Part shown: in pieces, positions 8,413 to 16,160 of the stretch | Numbering within the stretch: the stretch's first letter is position 1 | Layout of the letters: every line of letters starts with the position of its first letter | NCBI GenBank assembly: GCA_964414305.1 | Contig: CAYPVY010000001.1 | Location: 1-24,711, forward strand | Source: an uncultured Nitratifractor sp. | GTDB taxonomy: Bacteria; Campylobacterota; Campylobacteria; Campylobacterales; Sulfurovaceae | Direction: 5' to 3' | DNA: 24,711 bases | Position numbers and translations under genes: made by a program | Notes under the pieces: model-generated | Database searches by the model: none | Seen by the model: only the letters and a program-made list of their open reading frames with translations | What the model was told of the DNA's origin: nothing

Positions 8413-9515
8413 ATATGAATTGAATCTACCTCTTTAATTGCTCTGCATACTTGCATAGCATCATCAATACTCATCTTGCAGTGGTTTGGGATAGATAAAA
8501 CCTTTTGATACATGCTAAGTGCATTTGGAAAACTAAAAACCTTTAAATTATATTTATCTTTATAATATGTTGTAAAGTTTAGTGGTATATAATGCAAAGC
8601 TACCTCAATACCCCTTTTTTTCAACTCTTTGGCAAAAAGGTCTCTATTTTTATCTACCTCTATAATAAAATAGCTATATGAGTGATTTTTATCTTTTATT
8701 GGCAAAGTAATATGTTTAAGATTGTCTAATTCTTTAAAATATATATCTACTATCTTCATCTTCTTTTTATAAAGTTCTTTTCTATCTTTTATAAAACCAT
8801 CAAGTAAATATGCACTTAAATTATCTAATCTATAATCACATCCAATCTCAATTACATCATATAAATAGTTAATATCTTTATTATATAATTTAACTCCAAG
8901 CTCTTTTGTTAGGTTCGCTCTTTTAAATATTTTTTCATCTTTGAAAGCAACGATTGCACCCTTTAGGGTATTATCATGCTTATAGTTTAATGAAAATATT
9001 GCTATATCTCCTAATATCTTTATATTTTTATTCAATATTGTAACATCACTAAAATCTTCAATTACCAAAACCTTATTTTCTTTTGCCAAAGCAACTATAT
9101 CTGAAATATCATAATGCAAACCTGCAAAGTGTGAGACAACTATAGCTCTTAATTTTTTACTTTTATTATTTTTAAGAGCATCTTTTAGAGACTCTATACT
9201 CATTAAATAACTTCTAGGTTCGATATCTGTAAATATTGGCTCACTATCAAAGTGTCTAATTGCTTGAGGAACATCTGCATATGAATTTATTGGACAAATA
9301 ACTTTATCACCTCTTTTAAGATCTATTGCACACATTGCCAAATGTATTGCAGAGGTAGGGTTTGATACACTTAAGATATATTTATAATTTACAATATTTG
9401 AAAAATTTTTCTCTAAATTAGAAGATGCACTATTTATCATACTATCATAATTATCAACATCAATATCAAATATCTTTTTAGGAATTGTTGGTTGATAAAA
9501 CTCTACTTTATACAT
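8409..9515 (-). CDS. DegT/DnrJ/EryC1/StrS aminotransferase family protein (PLP site appears degenerate)
   Basis: TSAIHLAM, GDKVI, EPIFTDI, IVVSHFAG, VIED, GCDYRL, HYIPL, LSIP family motifs; ATGA overlap with lpxK. Confidence 0.85.
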   Translation of the reverse strand: MYKVEFYQPTIPKKIFDIDVDNYDSMINSASSNLEKNFSNIVNYKYILSVSNPTSAIHLAMCAIDLKRGDKVICPINSYADVPQAIRHFDSEPIFTDIEPRSYLMSIESLKDALKNNKSKKLRAIVVSHFAGLHYDISDIVALAKENKVLVIEDFSDVTILNKNIKILGDIAIFSLNYKHDNTLKGAIVAFKDEKIFKRANLTKELGVKLYNKDINYLYDVIEIGCDYRLDNLSAYLLDGFIKDRKELYKKKMKIVDIYFKELDNLKHITLPIKDKNHSYSYFIIEVDKNRDLFAKELKKRGIEVALHYIPLNFTTYYKDKYNLKVFSFPNALSMYQKVLSIPNHCKMSIDDAMQVCRAIKEVDSIHI

Positions 9516-9523
9516 ATAATCTC

Positions 9524-10336
9524 CTATTTACACTCTTTTGCACCAAGAGTTATTAACTCCTCACAACTAAAACCTGCCTTCTTTCTTGCATCAATATTAA
9601 ACTGCTCTGCCCTACCCTTTAAATTATATCTATTTATTATATCCAAATATCTCTTTTGAGGCTCACTATCTTCTATTTTACAAAGATATTTAAACCACTT
9701 ATCTCCTTTTCTAACATGCTCAATCTCTTCTATATATATAATATCCAAAGCATCTATTATTTTTGAAACAATAAGGTTATTTTTATGGGCTTTAAGTTTA
9801 TTTATAATTTTTGGATTTACATCCAAACCACTAGCTTCAAAATATCTAGGAATTATTGCCATTCTATCAACTAAATTATTACTTGTCTTATATGCCATCT
9901 CAAAAAGCCCTTTATGCACAGGCAAAGCACCATAAAAGATATCTAACTCTTTTAATATATTATCTAACATCTTAAAATGTCTTATCTCATCTTGAGCAAC
10001 AATTAGCCAATCTAATTTATATTCTTTTGGCATATCTTGAAATCTATATACTGCATCTATTGCCAAATCTACTGCACTAAATTCAATATGAGCAATTGAA
10101 TGAACCAAAGCTCTTAAAGAATCAATATTATTAAAATCTCTTCTTTTTGGTAGCTCTTTTGGCGATACAATTTTACAAATCTTTGAGTATGATGGACTCT
10201 CCCATATTTTTGGCTTACTCTTTTTTAAAATTGCATCATCTTTTTTTAAATACTCAATTAAACTATCTACTATAAGCTCTTTTGTGTTAATATCTGCACT
10301 AAATAGTGCCTCTTCTAATTTGGCATAAAAGTTCAT
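9524..10336 (-). CDS. ferritin-like domain protein (DUF455 family)
   Basis: LVHSIAHIEFSAVDLA, DEIRHF, YFEASGLD, EEIEHVRKG di-iron-type E/H ligand pattern. Confidence 0.88.
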   Translation of the reverse strand: MNFYAKLEEALFSADINTKELIVDSLIEYLKKDDAILKKSKPKIWESPSYSKICKIVSPKELPKRRDFNNIDSLRALVHSIAHIEFSAVDLAIDAVYRFQDMPKEYKLDWLIVAQDEIRHFKMLDNILKELDIFYGALPVHKGLFEMAYKTSNNLVDRMAIIPRYFEASGLDVNPKIINKLKAHKNNLIVSKIIDALDIIYIEEIEHVRKGDKWFKYLCKIEDSEPQKRYLDIINRYNLKGRAEQFNIDARKKAGFSCEELITLGAKECK

Positions 10337-10343
10337 AAGGAGT

Positions 10344-10349
10344 ATTATA
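10344..10349 (-). promoter_or_regulatory. -10 box of a probable leaderless DUF455 transcript
   Basis: TATAAT on - followed by exactly 7 nt (ACTCCTT) and then the ATG; no SD on the - strand. Confidence 0.55.
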
Positions 10350-10353
10350 TCTT

Positions 10354-10959
10354 ATGCAAATAAAATTTAAGCCTATGGGTATGTATCAGACAAATTGCTA
10401 TATATTAAGTATAGATAATAAAGATTTTATTATAGATCCAGGTGTAGATGCGACTTCATGGATAAAAGATAATGTTAAAAACCCAGTTGCAATCTTAAAT
10501 ACACATGGACACTTTGACCATGTATGGAGTAATCAAGAGGTAAAAGAGCATTTTAATATACCTATATATTGTCCAAAAGATGATGCTTTTATGTTACAAA
10601 ATGACCCATTCAAATATGGAACTCCAAAATCAAAAGCAGATTTTGAAATATCACCAGATCAAAAGATAAAAATTGATGATATAGAATTTACTTTTTGGCA
10701 TTTTCCAGGGCATACACCAGGATGCAGTGTAATTGAATATAATGATATATGGTTTAGTGGTGATTTTCTATTTAATGGCTCTATTGGTAGATGGGATTTT
10801 AAATATTCAAATAAATATGATATGCTTACTAGCCTAAATAAAGTAAAAAATTTCAACAAAAAAGACAAAAGAGTCCTCCCAGGACATGATAGAGATACAA
10901 CTTTATTTAGAGAATTAAAACATATTGATTATTGGATAAATGTAGTTAAAAACTCATAA
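10354..10959 (+). CDS. MBL-fold metallo-hydrolase (glyoxalase II/YcbL-like)
   Basis: TNCYIL, IIDPG, THGHFDH (HxHxDH), PGHTPG, FSGDFLF, VLPGHD. Confidence 0.92.
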   Translation: MQIKFKPMGMYQTNCYILSIDNKDFIIDPGVDATSWIKDNVKNPVAILNTHGHFDHVWSNQEVKEHFNIPIYCPKDDAFMLQNDPFKYGTPKSKADFEISPDQKIKIDDIEFTFWHFPGHTPGCSVIEYNDIWFSGDFLFNGSIGRWDFKYSNKYDMLTSLNKVKNFNKKDKRVLPGHDRDTTLFRELKHIDYWINVVKNS

Positions 10960-10993
10960 AATTATATTTTTTAGTATTAATTAAACTTCTTTG

Positions 10994-11002
10994 TGCTATA
11001 CT
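10994..11002 (+). promoter_or_regulatory. extended -10 promoter (TGCTATACT) for the outer-membrane protein gene
   Basis: TGnTATACT 32 nt upstream of ATG 11035; SD AAGGA. Confidence 0.6.
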
Positions 11003-11034
11003 TTGATAAATACCATAAATTCAAAGGATTTTTT

Positions 11035-11577
11035 ATGAAAAAGTTAGCACTCTCTATCCTAACTATTATGGCAATATCATCAACATCAAATGCTGCAGAC
11101 CCTAGCTTATACCCAAACTCAATATCTATAATGGGTGGTTATACTATATCTGCTAGTGAAAGTAGATTAGATAATAATCATGCTTACAGCTTTAGATATA
11201 CAAATAATGATTTTGGGATTGATAATTTTGGTCTAGGTGCTTTTCAATTAGCTCTTGATTATACACCAGATATTAAATATAAAGATAATAATGCACAGAC
11301 ATCTAGTATTAGATTTGGTCCAAATCTTCTATGGTATTTAAATAGCCCGAGTGAAATTACACCATATTTTCTATTAGGTTTAGGGCTTGAACACCTAAGT
11401 AATCCAACAGGAGATTATAGCTCTTTAAGCTTTTATGCAAATGGCGGAGCTGGAGTTGAATTTCAAATTAGAAATGATATATCTTTAGTTGGCGAAGCAA
11501 AATATCATTATGCAAATGAAAAAAGAAAAGGAACAACACTAAGTTGTGGAGTCAAATTTAGTTTTGGAGATTATTAA
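11035..11577 (+). CDS. outer-membrane beta-barrel protein (OmpA-like transmembrane domain only)
   Basis: Signal peptide MKKLALSILTIMAISSTSNA; amphipathic strands (ITPYFLLGLG, ANGGAGVEF, ISLVGEAKY, GVKFSF); start moved to ATG 11035 by SD AAGGA. Confidence 0.8.
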   Translation: MKKLALSILTIMAISSTSNAADPSLYPNSISIMGGYTISASESRLDNNHAYSFRYTNNDFGIDNFGLGAFQLALDYTPDIKYKDNNAQTSSIRFGPNLLWYLNSPSEITPYFLLGLGLEHLSNPTGDYSSLSFYANGGAGVEFQIRNDISLVGEAKYHYANEKRKGTTLSCGVKFSFGDY

Positions 11578-11584
11578 ATTTATA

Positions 11585-11635
11585 GGCAAGAGATATAAAT
11601 CTCTTTATGCCAAAACTAAGCTTATTAAAGCTTAG
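11585..11635. terminator. tandem hairpins between the convergent OMP gene and ruvX
   Basis: ggcaagagat-ATAA-atctct(tta)tgcc at 11585-11611 and perfect ctaagctt-ATTA-aagcttag at 11616-11635 followed by CTTTT. Confidence 0.65.
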
Positions 11636-12042
11636 CTTTTATATCTTAAACTATCCAAATATCTCTCTAAAATAATTTTAGCAGCAATTGAGTCAATTTT
11701 ACCATCTCTTTTTTGTCTAGTTATCCCAACCATTTGCTCTTTTGCCTCTTGGGAGCTAAATGCTTCATCAACATATACAATCTCTTTTATATTATTAACA
11801 CTAAGTAAAGATACAAAATGCTTTATTCTTCTTTCCATCTCTTCTGCTGAACCACCCTCTTTTGGCAATCCAACAACTAGCTTTTCTATACCCCACTCAT
11901 TTAAAATATTACTTAAATCTCTAGCAGCTTGATTTCTACCTTTTCTAATAATTGCATTTTGGGGAATTACAATACTACCATCAAAACAAAATGCTAAACC
12001 TATTCTTTTTAGCCCAACATCAATTGCAGCAATCTTCTCCAT
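11632..12042 (-). CDS. ruvX: YqgF/RuvX family nuclease (DprB-like)
   Basis: AAIDVGLKRIGLA, LVVGLP, YVDEAFSS, IDSIAAKIILERY; TGATG overlap with the upstream GH3 gene. Confidence 0.92.
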   Translation of the reverse strand: MEKIAAIDVGLKRIGLAFCFDGSIVIPQNAIIRKGRNQAARDLSNILNEWGIEKLVVGLPKEGGSAEEMERRIKHFVSLLSVNNIKEIVYVDEAFSSQEAKEQMVGITRQKRDGKIDSIAAKIILERYLDSLRYKS

Positions 12043-13079
12043 CAATATAACCTATCTTTTAAATAGTTTATTCTTCTATTTGCATTTTTAATAGAAGATT
12101 CTCTTATTCTACCCTCTTTTAATAGCTCTTTTGTAACCTTAATGAGCTTATCTACACTCACACTATCTCTTGGGCTTAATTGATTAGCAAAAAGTAATAT
12201 ATCATCTCCTGCATTTATTGCCAAAGCTATCGTATCTTTTAAATTAAACCTTTTTCTAATAGCACCCATTTGCAAATCATCTGTTACTACTACGCCATTA
12301 AATCCTATTTTATTTCTTAAAATATATGTTACAACTCTATTTGATAATGATGCAGGATATATAGGATCTAGCTTTCTATTAAAAATATGAGCCACCATTA
12401 CAGTATCGGTTCTATCTTTTAGAGCTTGATATGGCTTCAATTCTATATTTTGCCACATAGAAGTAACATCTACAAAGCCTTTGTGAGTATCGCCTAGGGA
12501 TGAGCCATGACCTGGAAAATGCTTTAATGAGGTTGCAACTCCATATTTATGCATAGCATCAATAAAAACTCTATCATAATTTATAACACTATTTAAATTA
12601 CCATAACTTCTTCCATATCCAACTATTACTCTATTTTTAGGATTAATTGCCAAATCAGCTACAGGAGCAAAATCTAAATTAACCCCTACACTATGTAACT
12701 CTTTTGCCATTTGCTCATAGATATTTTTCGCATAAGCTAAACCTTGTTTTGCTACAATACTAGCTTTTGGATATTTTGTGCCAAAATTTACTCTTTGAAC
12801 CAAGCCACCTTCTTGGTCAACTGCAATTAAAGGTCTATTGATACATCTTTTTAGATTATTTGTTAAATTTTTCAAACTTTTTGCATCATAAAAATTTTTA
12901 TAGCTTTTACCAATTGGGCTTTTTTTGAATACAATTACTCCGCCTAAGCCTCTATTACAAAGTCCAGCTTTTACTACATCATTTCCATTAAAACCTATTA
13001 TAAACATATTAGCTATCTCTTTATCACTAACATTAGAATATAATATAACTGTAGATAAAAACAAAAAAAATCTTTTCAT
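12042..13079 (-). CDS. nagZ: glycoside hydrolase family 3 beta-N-acetylhexosaminidase (NagZ-like) with probable signal peptide
   Basis: AVDQEGGLVQR, FAPVADL, KHFPGHGxxxxDTH catalytic dyad motif, TDDLQMGAI nucleophile, AGDDILL; SD AAGGAG. Confidence 0.85.
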   Translation of the reverse strand: MKRFFLFLSTVILYSNVSDKEIANMFIIGFNGNDVVKAGLCNRGLGGVIVFKKSPIGKSYKNFYDAKSLKNLTNNLKRCINRPLIAVDQEGGLVQRVNFGTKYPKASIVAKQGLAYAKNIYEQMAKELHSVGVNLDFAPVADLAINPKNRVIVGYGRSYGNLNSVINYDRVFIDAMHKYGVATSLKHFPGHGSSLGDTHKGFVDVTSMWQNIELKPYQALKDRTDTVMVAHIFNRKLDPIYPASLSNRVVTYILRNKIGFNGVVVTDDLQMGAIRKRFNLKDTIALAINAGDDILLFANQLSPRDSVSVDKLIKVTKELLKEGRIRESSIKNANRRINYLKDRLY

Positions 13080-13131
13080 AATGCTCCTTTTGCATAATTA
13101 TACACAACAACTCCACAACATTATATTAATA

Positions 13132-13140
13132 TGCTATAAT
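13132..13140 (+). promoter_or_regulatory. extended -10 promoter (TGCTATAAT) for tlpA
   Basis: Perfect TGnTATAAT 21 nt upstream of ATG 13162; SD AAGGA at 13151-13155. Confidence 0.7.
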
Positions 13141-13161
13141 TACAACAAAAAAGGACATAAA

Positions 13162-13767
13162 ATGATAAAAAAGATAGTTGCTATTTTAATCTTGACTCTA
13201 TCTATACTAAATGCACAAGAGTCAAATGCTACAAAAGAGCCAAAATTTATCTTAAAAGATATTTATGGAAAGACAACAACAGTGTATGGATTGAAAAATG
13301 GTCTTAAAATTCCAGATGCAAAAGGAAAAGTTGTATTAATAGAATTTTGGGGAACACATTGCCCACCATGCCTTATGTCAATTCCACACTACATAGATTT
13401 AACCAAAAAATACAAAGATAAACTAGCTATTTATGCAATTGAGGTTCAAGCTACACCAAAAGATAGATTATTAGAATTTGCAAAACAAAAAGGTATAAAC
13501 TATAATATCTTTACTCAAGATGAAAATATTAATTTTGTAAGATACCTAGCACAAAGAGCAGGATGGAGAGGTGCAATTCCATTTTTAGTTATATTTGACC
13601 AAAGTGGTAATGTTGTAGATATGAAAATAGGGATGGTATCTGAGAAATATTTAGAGCAAGTAATAGATTTTTTAAATTCTGATAAATATAAAAATCAAAA
13701 TAAAAGCTCATCTAAAACAAAAGATACAAATAGCACCAAAGCTGATAACAACTCAAGCAAAAAATAG
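13162..13767 (+). CDS. TlpA/ResA family periplasmic thiol-disulfide oxidoreductase
   Basis: Signal peptide; KGKVVLIEFWGTHCPPC (CxxC), cis-Pro loop GAIPFLV; true start ATG 13162 rather than 12925. Confidence 0.9.
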   Translation: MIKKIVAILILTLSILNAQESNATKEPKFILKDIYGKTTTVYGLKNGLKIPDAKGKVVLIEFWGTHCPPCLMSIPHYIDLTKKYKDKLAIYAIEVQATPKDRLLEFAKQKGINYNIFTQDENINFVRYLAQRAGWRGAIPFLVIFDQSGNVVDMKIGMVSEKYLEQVIDFLNSDKYKNQNKSSSKTKDTNSTKADNNSSKK

Positions 13768-13782
13768 GCATATGCCTATTTT
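13761..13782. terminator. perfect 22-bp palindrome, bidirectional terminator containing both stop codons
   Basis: AAAATAGGCATATGCCTATTTT; TAG of tlpA at 13765-13767 and TAG (cta) of dprA at 13776-13778. Confidence 0.75.
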
Positions 13783-14546
13783 AAAAGTTTAACTACACCA
13801 TTTTCAATCTCAATTATACCTTCTAATTCTGCTTCATAAATTTTAGTTCCATATTTAGATATAGCTTCATCAAGAGTAGGCGAACTCTCTAAAAATATGA
13901 TAAATTCATCTTTTTCATTACTAACTACGCCATACTTGTTTGCAAACTCCTCTATATCATAAATAGCTTTTGCTTTTCCCTCTTTCAATAAAATATTTGT
14001 TCCTAAACTTTCACTTAATCTATGTGGTAAAACATATATTGGTTTATTCATTTTAAGTGCATAATCAACACTTCTTAAACTACCACTATTTAAATCTGCT
14101 TCAGTAACTATTAAACACTCCCCCAAAGCAACAACCAATTCATTTCTACTCACAAAACTCCACTTTGTAGCACGAAACCCCTCTTTAAAAAAGCTTAAAA
14201 CCAATCCTTTTTTCTCAATATTTTCAATTAAAGTTTTATTTACTGCAGGATATTTTATATCAAGTCCATTTGCCATTACTGCAATAGTTTTAAAATCTAT
14301 TGCCCCTTTGTGTGCGATAGCATCAACACCCATAGCTGCACCACTAACTATTACTATTCCCCTTTTAGATAACTCTCTTGATAACTTATATGTCCAATCT
14401 TTTGTATATTGGCTAGGACGCCTAGTGCCAACAATAGATATACATCTATTATCAAGAAGTGATAAATCTCCAATATAATATAACTCTTTTGGAGCTTTTT
14501 TCATTAATTTTAGTGCTTTTATCTCTTTATTAACTATCCTAATCAT
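13776..14546 (-). CDS. dprA: DNA-processing protein DprA
   Basis: PKELYYIGD, SIVGTRR, VSGAAMGVDAIAH, TIAVMANGLD, FVSRNELV, EADLNSGS. Confidence 0.93.
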   Translation of the reverse strand: MIRIVNKEIKALKLMKKAPKELYYIGDLSLLDNRCISIVGTRRPSQYTKDWTYKLSRELSKRGIVIVSGAAMGVDAIAHKGAIDFKTIAVMANGLDIKYPAVNKTLIENIEKKGLVLSFFKEGFRATKWSFVSRNELVVALGECLIVTEADLNSGSLRSVDYALKMNKPIYVLPHRLSESLGTNILLKEGKAKAIYDIEEFANKYGVVSNEKDEFIIFLESSPTLDEAISKYGTKIYEAELEGIIEIENGVVKLLK

Positions 14547-15436
14547 AACTCATCAATATATACAAGATCAATATTTTTAAAATACTTTTTTGCCATCTTC
14601 AATGCTTTAAAAGTTTGCATATGTGGATGTCCAATAATTATTGCATAGCCTCTCTTTTTAGCTAGAGATACTCCTCTTTTTATCTCTTTTAATATATAAT
14701 TAATATTTACTTTATTATCTATAAAATGATTATTATACAAATACCTTACACCAAACTCTTTTGCAATTTTTCTAAATTGAGATTTTTGGGTTGTTCTACT
14801 ATCTATAAAATTTATTTTATTATCAAGCAAAGCTTTAAATAAAACTTTACTCTTTTTATAATTTTGACAAAATATACTTCCAGTATGATTATTGATATAT
14901 TTTACATTTGGGAATAATCTTTTTATCTCTTTAACTCTTGCTATTATCTTTTTATCGCTATTGGTAACAAAAAGTGTCTTATACATTCTATTCATAGCTT
15001 TACTATCTGATTGCAAAGGAAGATGCACTAAAAAATGTTTTAAACCTTTTGCTAGGTTTTGAGTATTCATATTCATATGATTTGGTGGAAAAATTGATGG
15101 AGTAACCTTAAAAGGCAAAGATTTTATCATATTTAATTGATATTTATGAGCTATATCATCTATTATTATTGCTAGTTTTGCTCTTTTATTTTTATGAATA
15201 ACTTTTTTATCGCTATTTAGAAGCTCTTTTTTCTTCTCTTTTTTTATACTCTTTTTTTTAAAAACTTTTTTCTTTTTTTTATTTATAGCTTTTATTTTAT
15301 GCTTTTTTTTAATCACTTTTTTTGTTTTGACTTTAATATTTGAGTTAATTGGTGTATCATCAAATATATCAACAACTTTATAATCATTACCAAAAACAAT
15401 ATATGTTATTAAAATTAATATATATAAAATTCTCAA
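14543..15436 (-). CDS. divergent polysaccharide deacetylase family protein (YibQ/DUF610)
   Basis: LAIIIDD, LVHLPL, INNHTGS, FIDSRT, FID, IIGHPH; N-terminal hydrophobic segment and poly-Lys linker; TTG start; ATGA overlap with dprA. Confidence 0.85.
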   Translation of the reverse strand: MRILYILILITYIVFGNDYKVVDIFDDTPINSNIKVKTKKVIKKKHKIKAINKKKKKVFKKKSIKKEKKKELLNSDKKVIHKNKRAKLAIIIDDIAHKYQLNMIKSLPFKVTPSIFPPNHMNMNTQNLAKGLKHFLVHLPLQSDSKAMNRMYKTLFVTNSDKKIIARVKEIKRLFPNVKYINNHTGSIFCQNYKKSKVLFKALLDNKINFIDSRTTQKSQFRKIAKEFGVRYLYNNHFIDNKVNINYILKEIKRGVSLAKKRGYAIIIGHPHMQTFKALKMAKKYFKNIDLVYIDEL

Positions 15437-15451
15437 ATTAGACTCTTTTTT

Positions 15452-15489
15452 TGATATAATATTTTCTTATTGAAAACAAAATTCTACCA
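15452..15489. promoter_or_regulatory. face-to-face extended -10 promoters for the 69-aa gene (+) and the deacetylase-dprA operon (-)
   Basis: TGATATAAT on + at 15452-15460 after a T-tract; TGGTAGAAT on - at 15489-15481. Confidence 0.55.
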
Positions 15490-15501
15490 AAGGTAAATTA
15501 A

Positions 15502-15711
15502 ATGTTAGATAAAAAAGATTTATTAGATGATATTAAGAAACTTTGGAATAATAGTAAAATTATTGAAGATTTTGATATCTCACCTCAAATTTTAGAATAT
15601 CTAGAGATTGAAGATTTAGAAAAATTAAAATATAAAATTTTAAATTCTATGAAAGAGTTAAATGACGAGCAAAAAGAGTGGTTATCAAAATTTAAAAAAA
15701 GTATAAACTAA
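15502..15711 (+). CDS. small acidic hypothetical protein (69 aa)
   Basis: ATG with SD AAAGGT, own extended -10, helical Leu/Glu/Lys-rich sequence that fills the gap between divergent genes. Confidence 0.7.
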   Translation: MLDKKDLLDDIKKLWNNSKIIEDFDISPQILEYLEIEDLEKLKYKILNSMKELNDEQKEWLSKFKKSIN

Positions 15712-16160
15712 ATACCCTTTTTTATCTTTATATACTCTTCAGCATCATAAGCTTCTATTCCTAAATCTTTTGCATATTGTGCCATTACGCCTGTTCCTTT
15801 AGAAGATATTAAATTTTTATCTCTATCATATACTTTTGCACTACATACACCACAACTTGGACTTCTATCTTTTCCTATAAATAATTCAATATCTTTATTA
15901 TTATCAAAAAAAGCCTTTGCATACTCTTTGATTGGTGGAGTTAAATCAGCATGAGTTAAGTTTGATATTACCTTTTGATTCTTACCATCATCAACTATAT
16001 CCATTGTTGGTCTTGGGGTGCCATAACAAAAATCTTCTGGACAAAATGGAATTAACTCATAGCACTCCAAAAGCCCAAGAAGTTTTGGGTCATAATTATC
16101 ACTTCCATCATATCTGCATCTATTGCCAAGCAAACATGCACTAATAGCTACTTTTTTCAT
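15708..16160 (-). CDS. DUF523 / 2-thiouracil desulfidase (TudS)-like Fe-S protein
   Basis: ISACLLGNRCRYDG, PFCPE, GTPRP, KDRSPSCG motifs; TAATG coupling to the upstream ALDH. Confidence 0.85.
   Translation of the reverse strand: MKKVAISACLLGNRCRYDGSDNYDPKLLGLLECYELIPFCPEDFCYGTPRPTMDIVDDGKNQKVISNLTHADLTPPIKEYAKAFFDNNKDIELFIGKDRSPSCGVCSAKVYDRDKNLISSKGTGVMAQYAKDLGIEAYDAEEYIKIKKGI

Noticed and set aside
12925-13161. 5' extension of the tlpA ORF to 280 aa (and similar extensions at 10993, 17922, 19783 and 20409)
   Set aside because: The downstream ATGs have SD sequences, signal peptides or stop/start coupling, and the extensions overlap neighbouring genes or promoters.
15252-15310. T8 tracts in the deacetylase gene as phase-variation sites
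   Set aside because: They are short A/T runs encoding Lys in an AT-rich genome, and the frame is intact; Campylobacter-type phase variation typically uses poly-G/C tracts of 8 or more, and none was seen.
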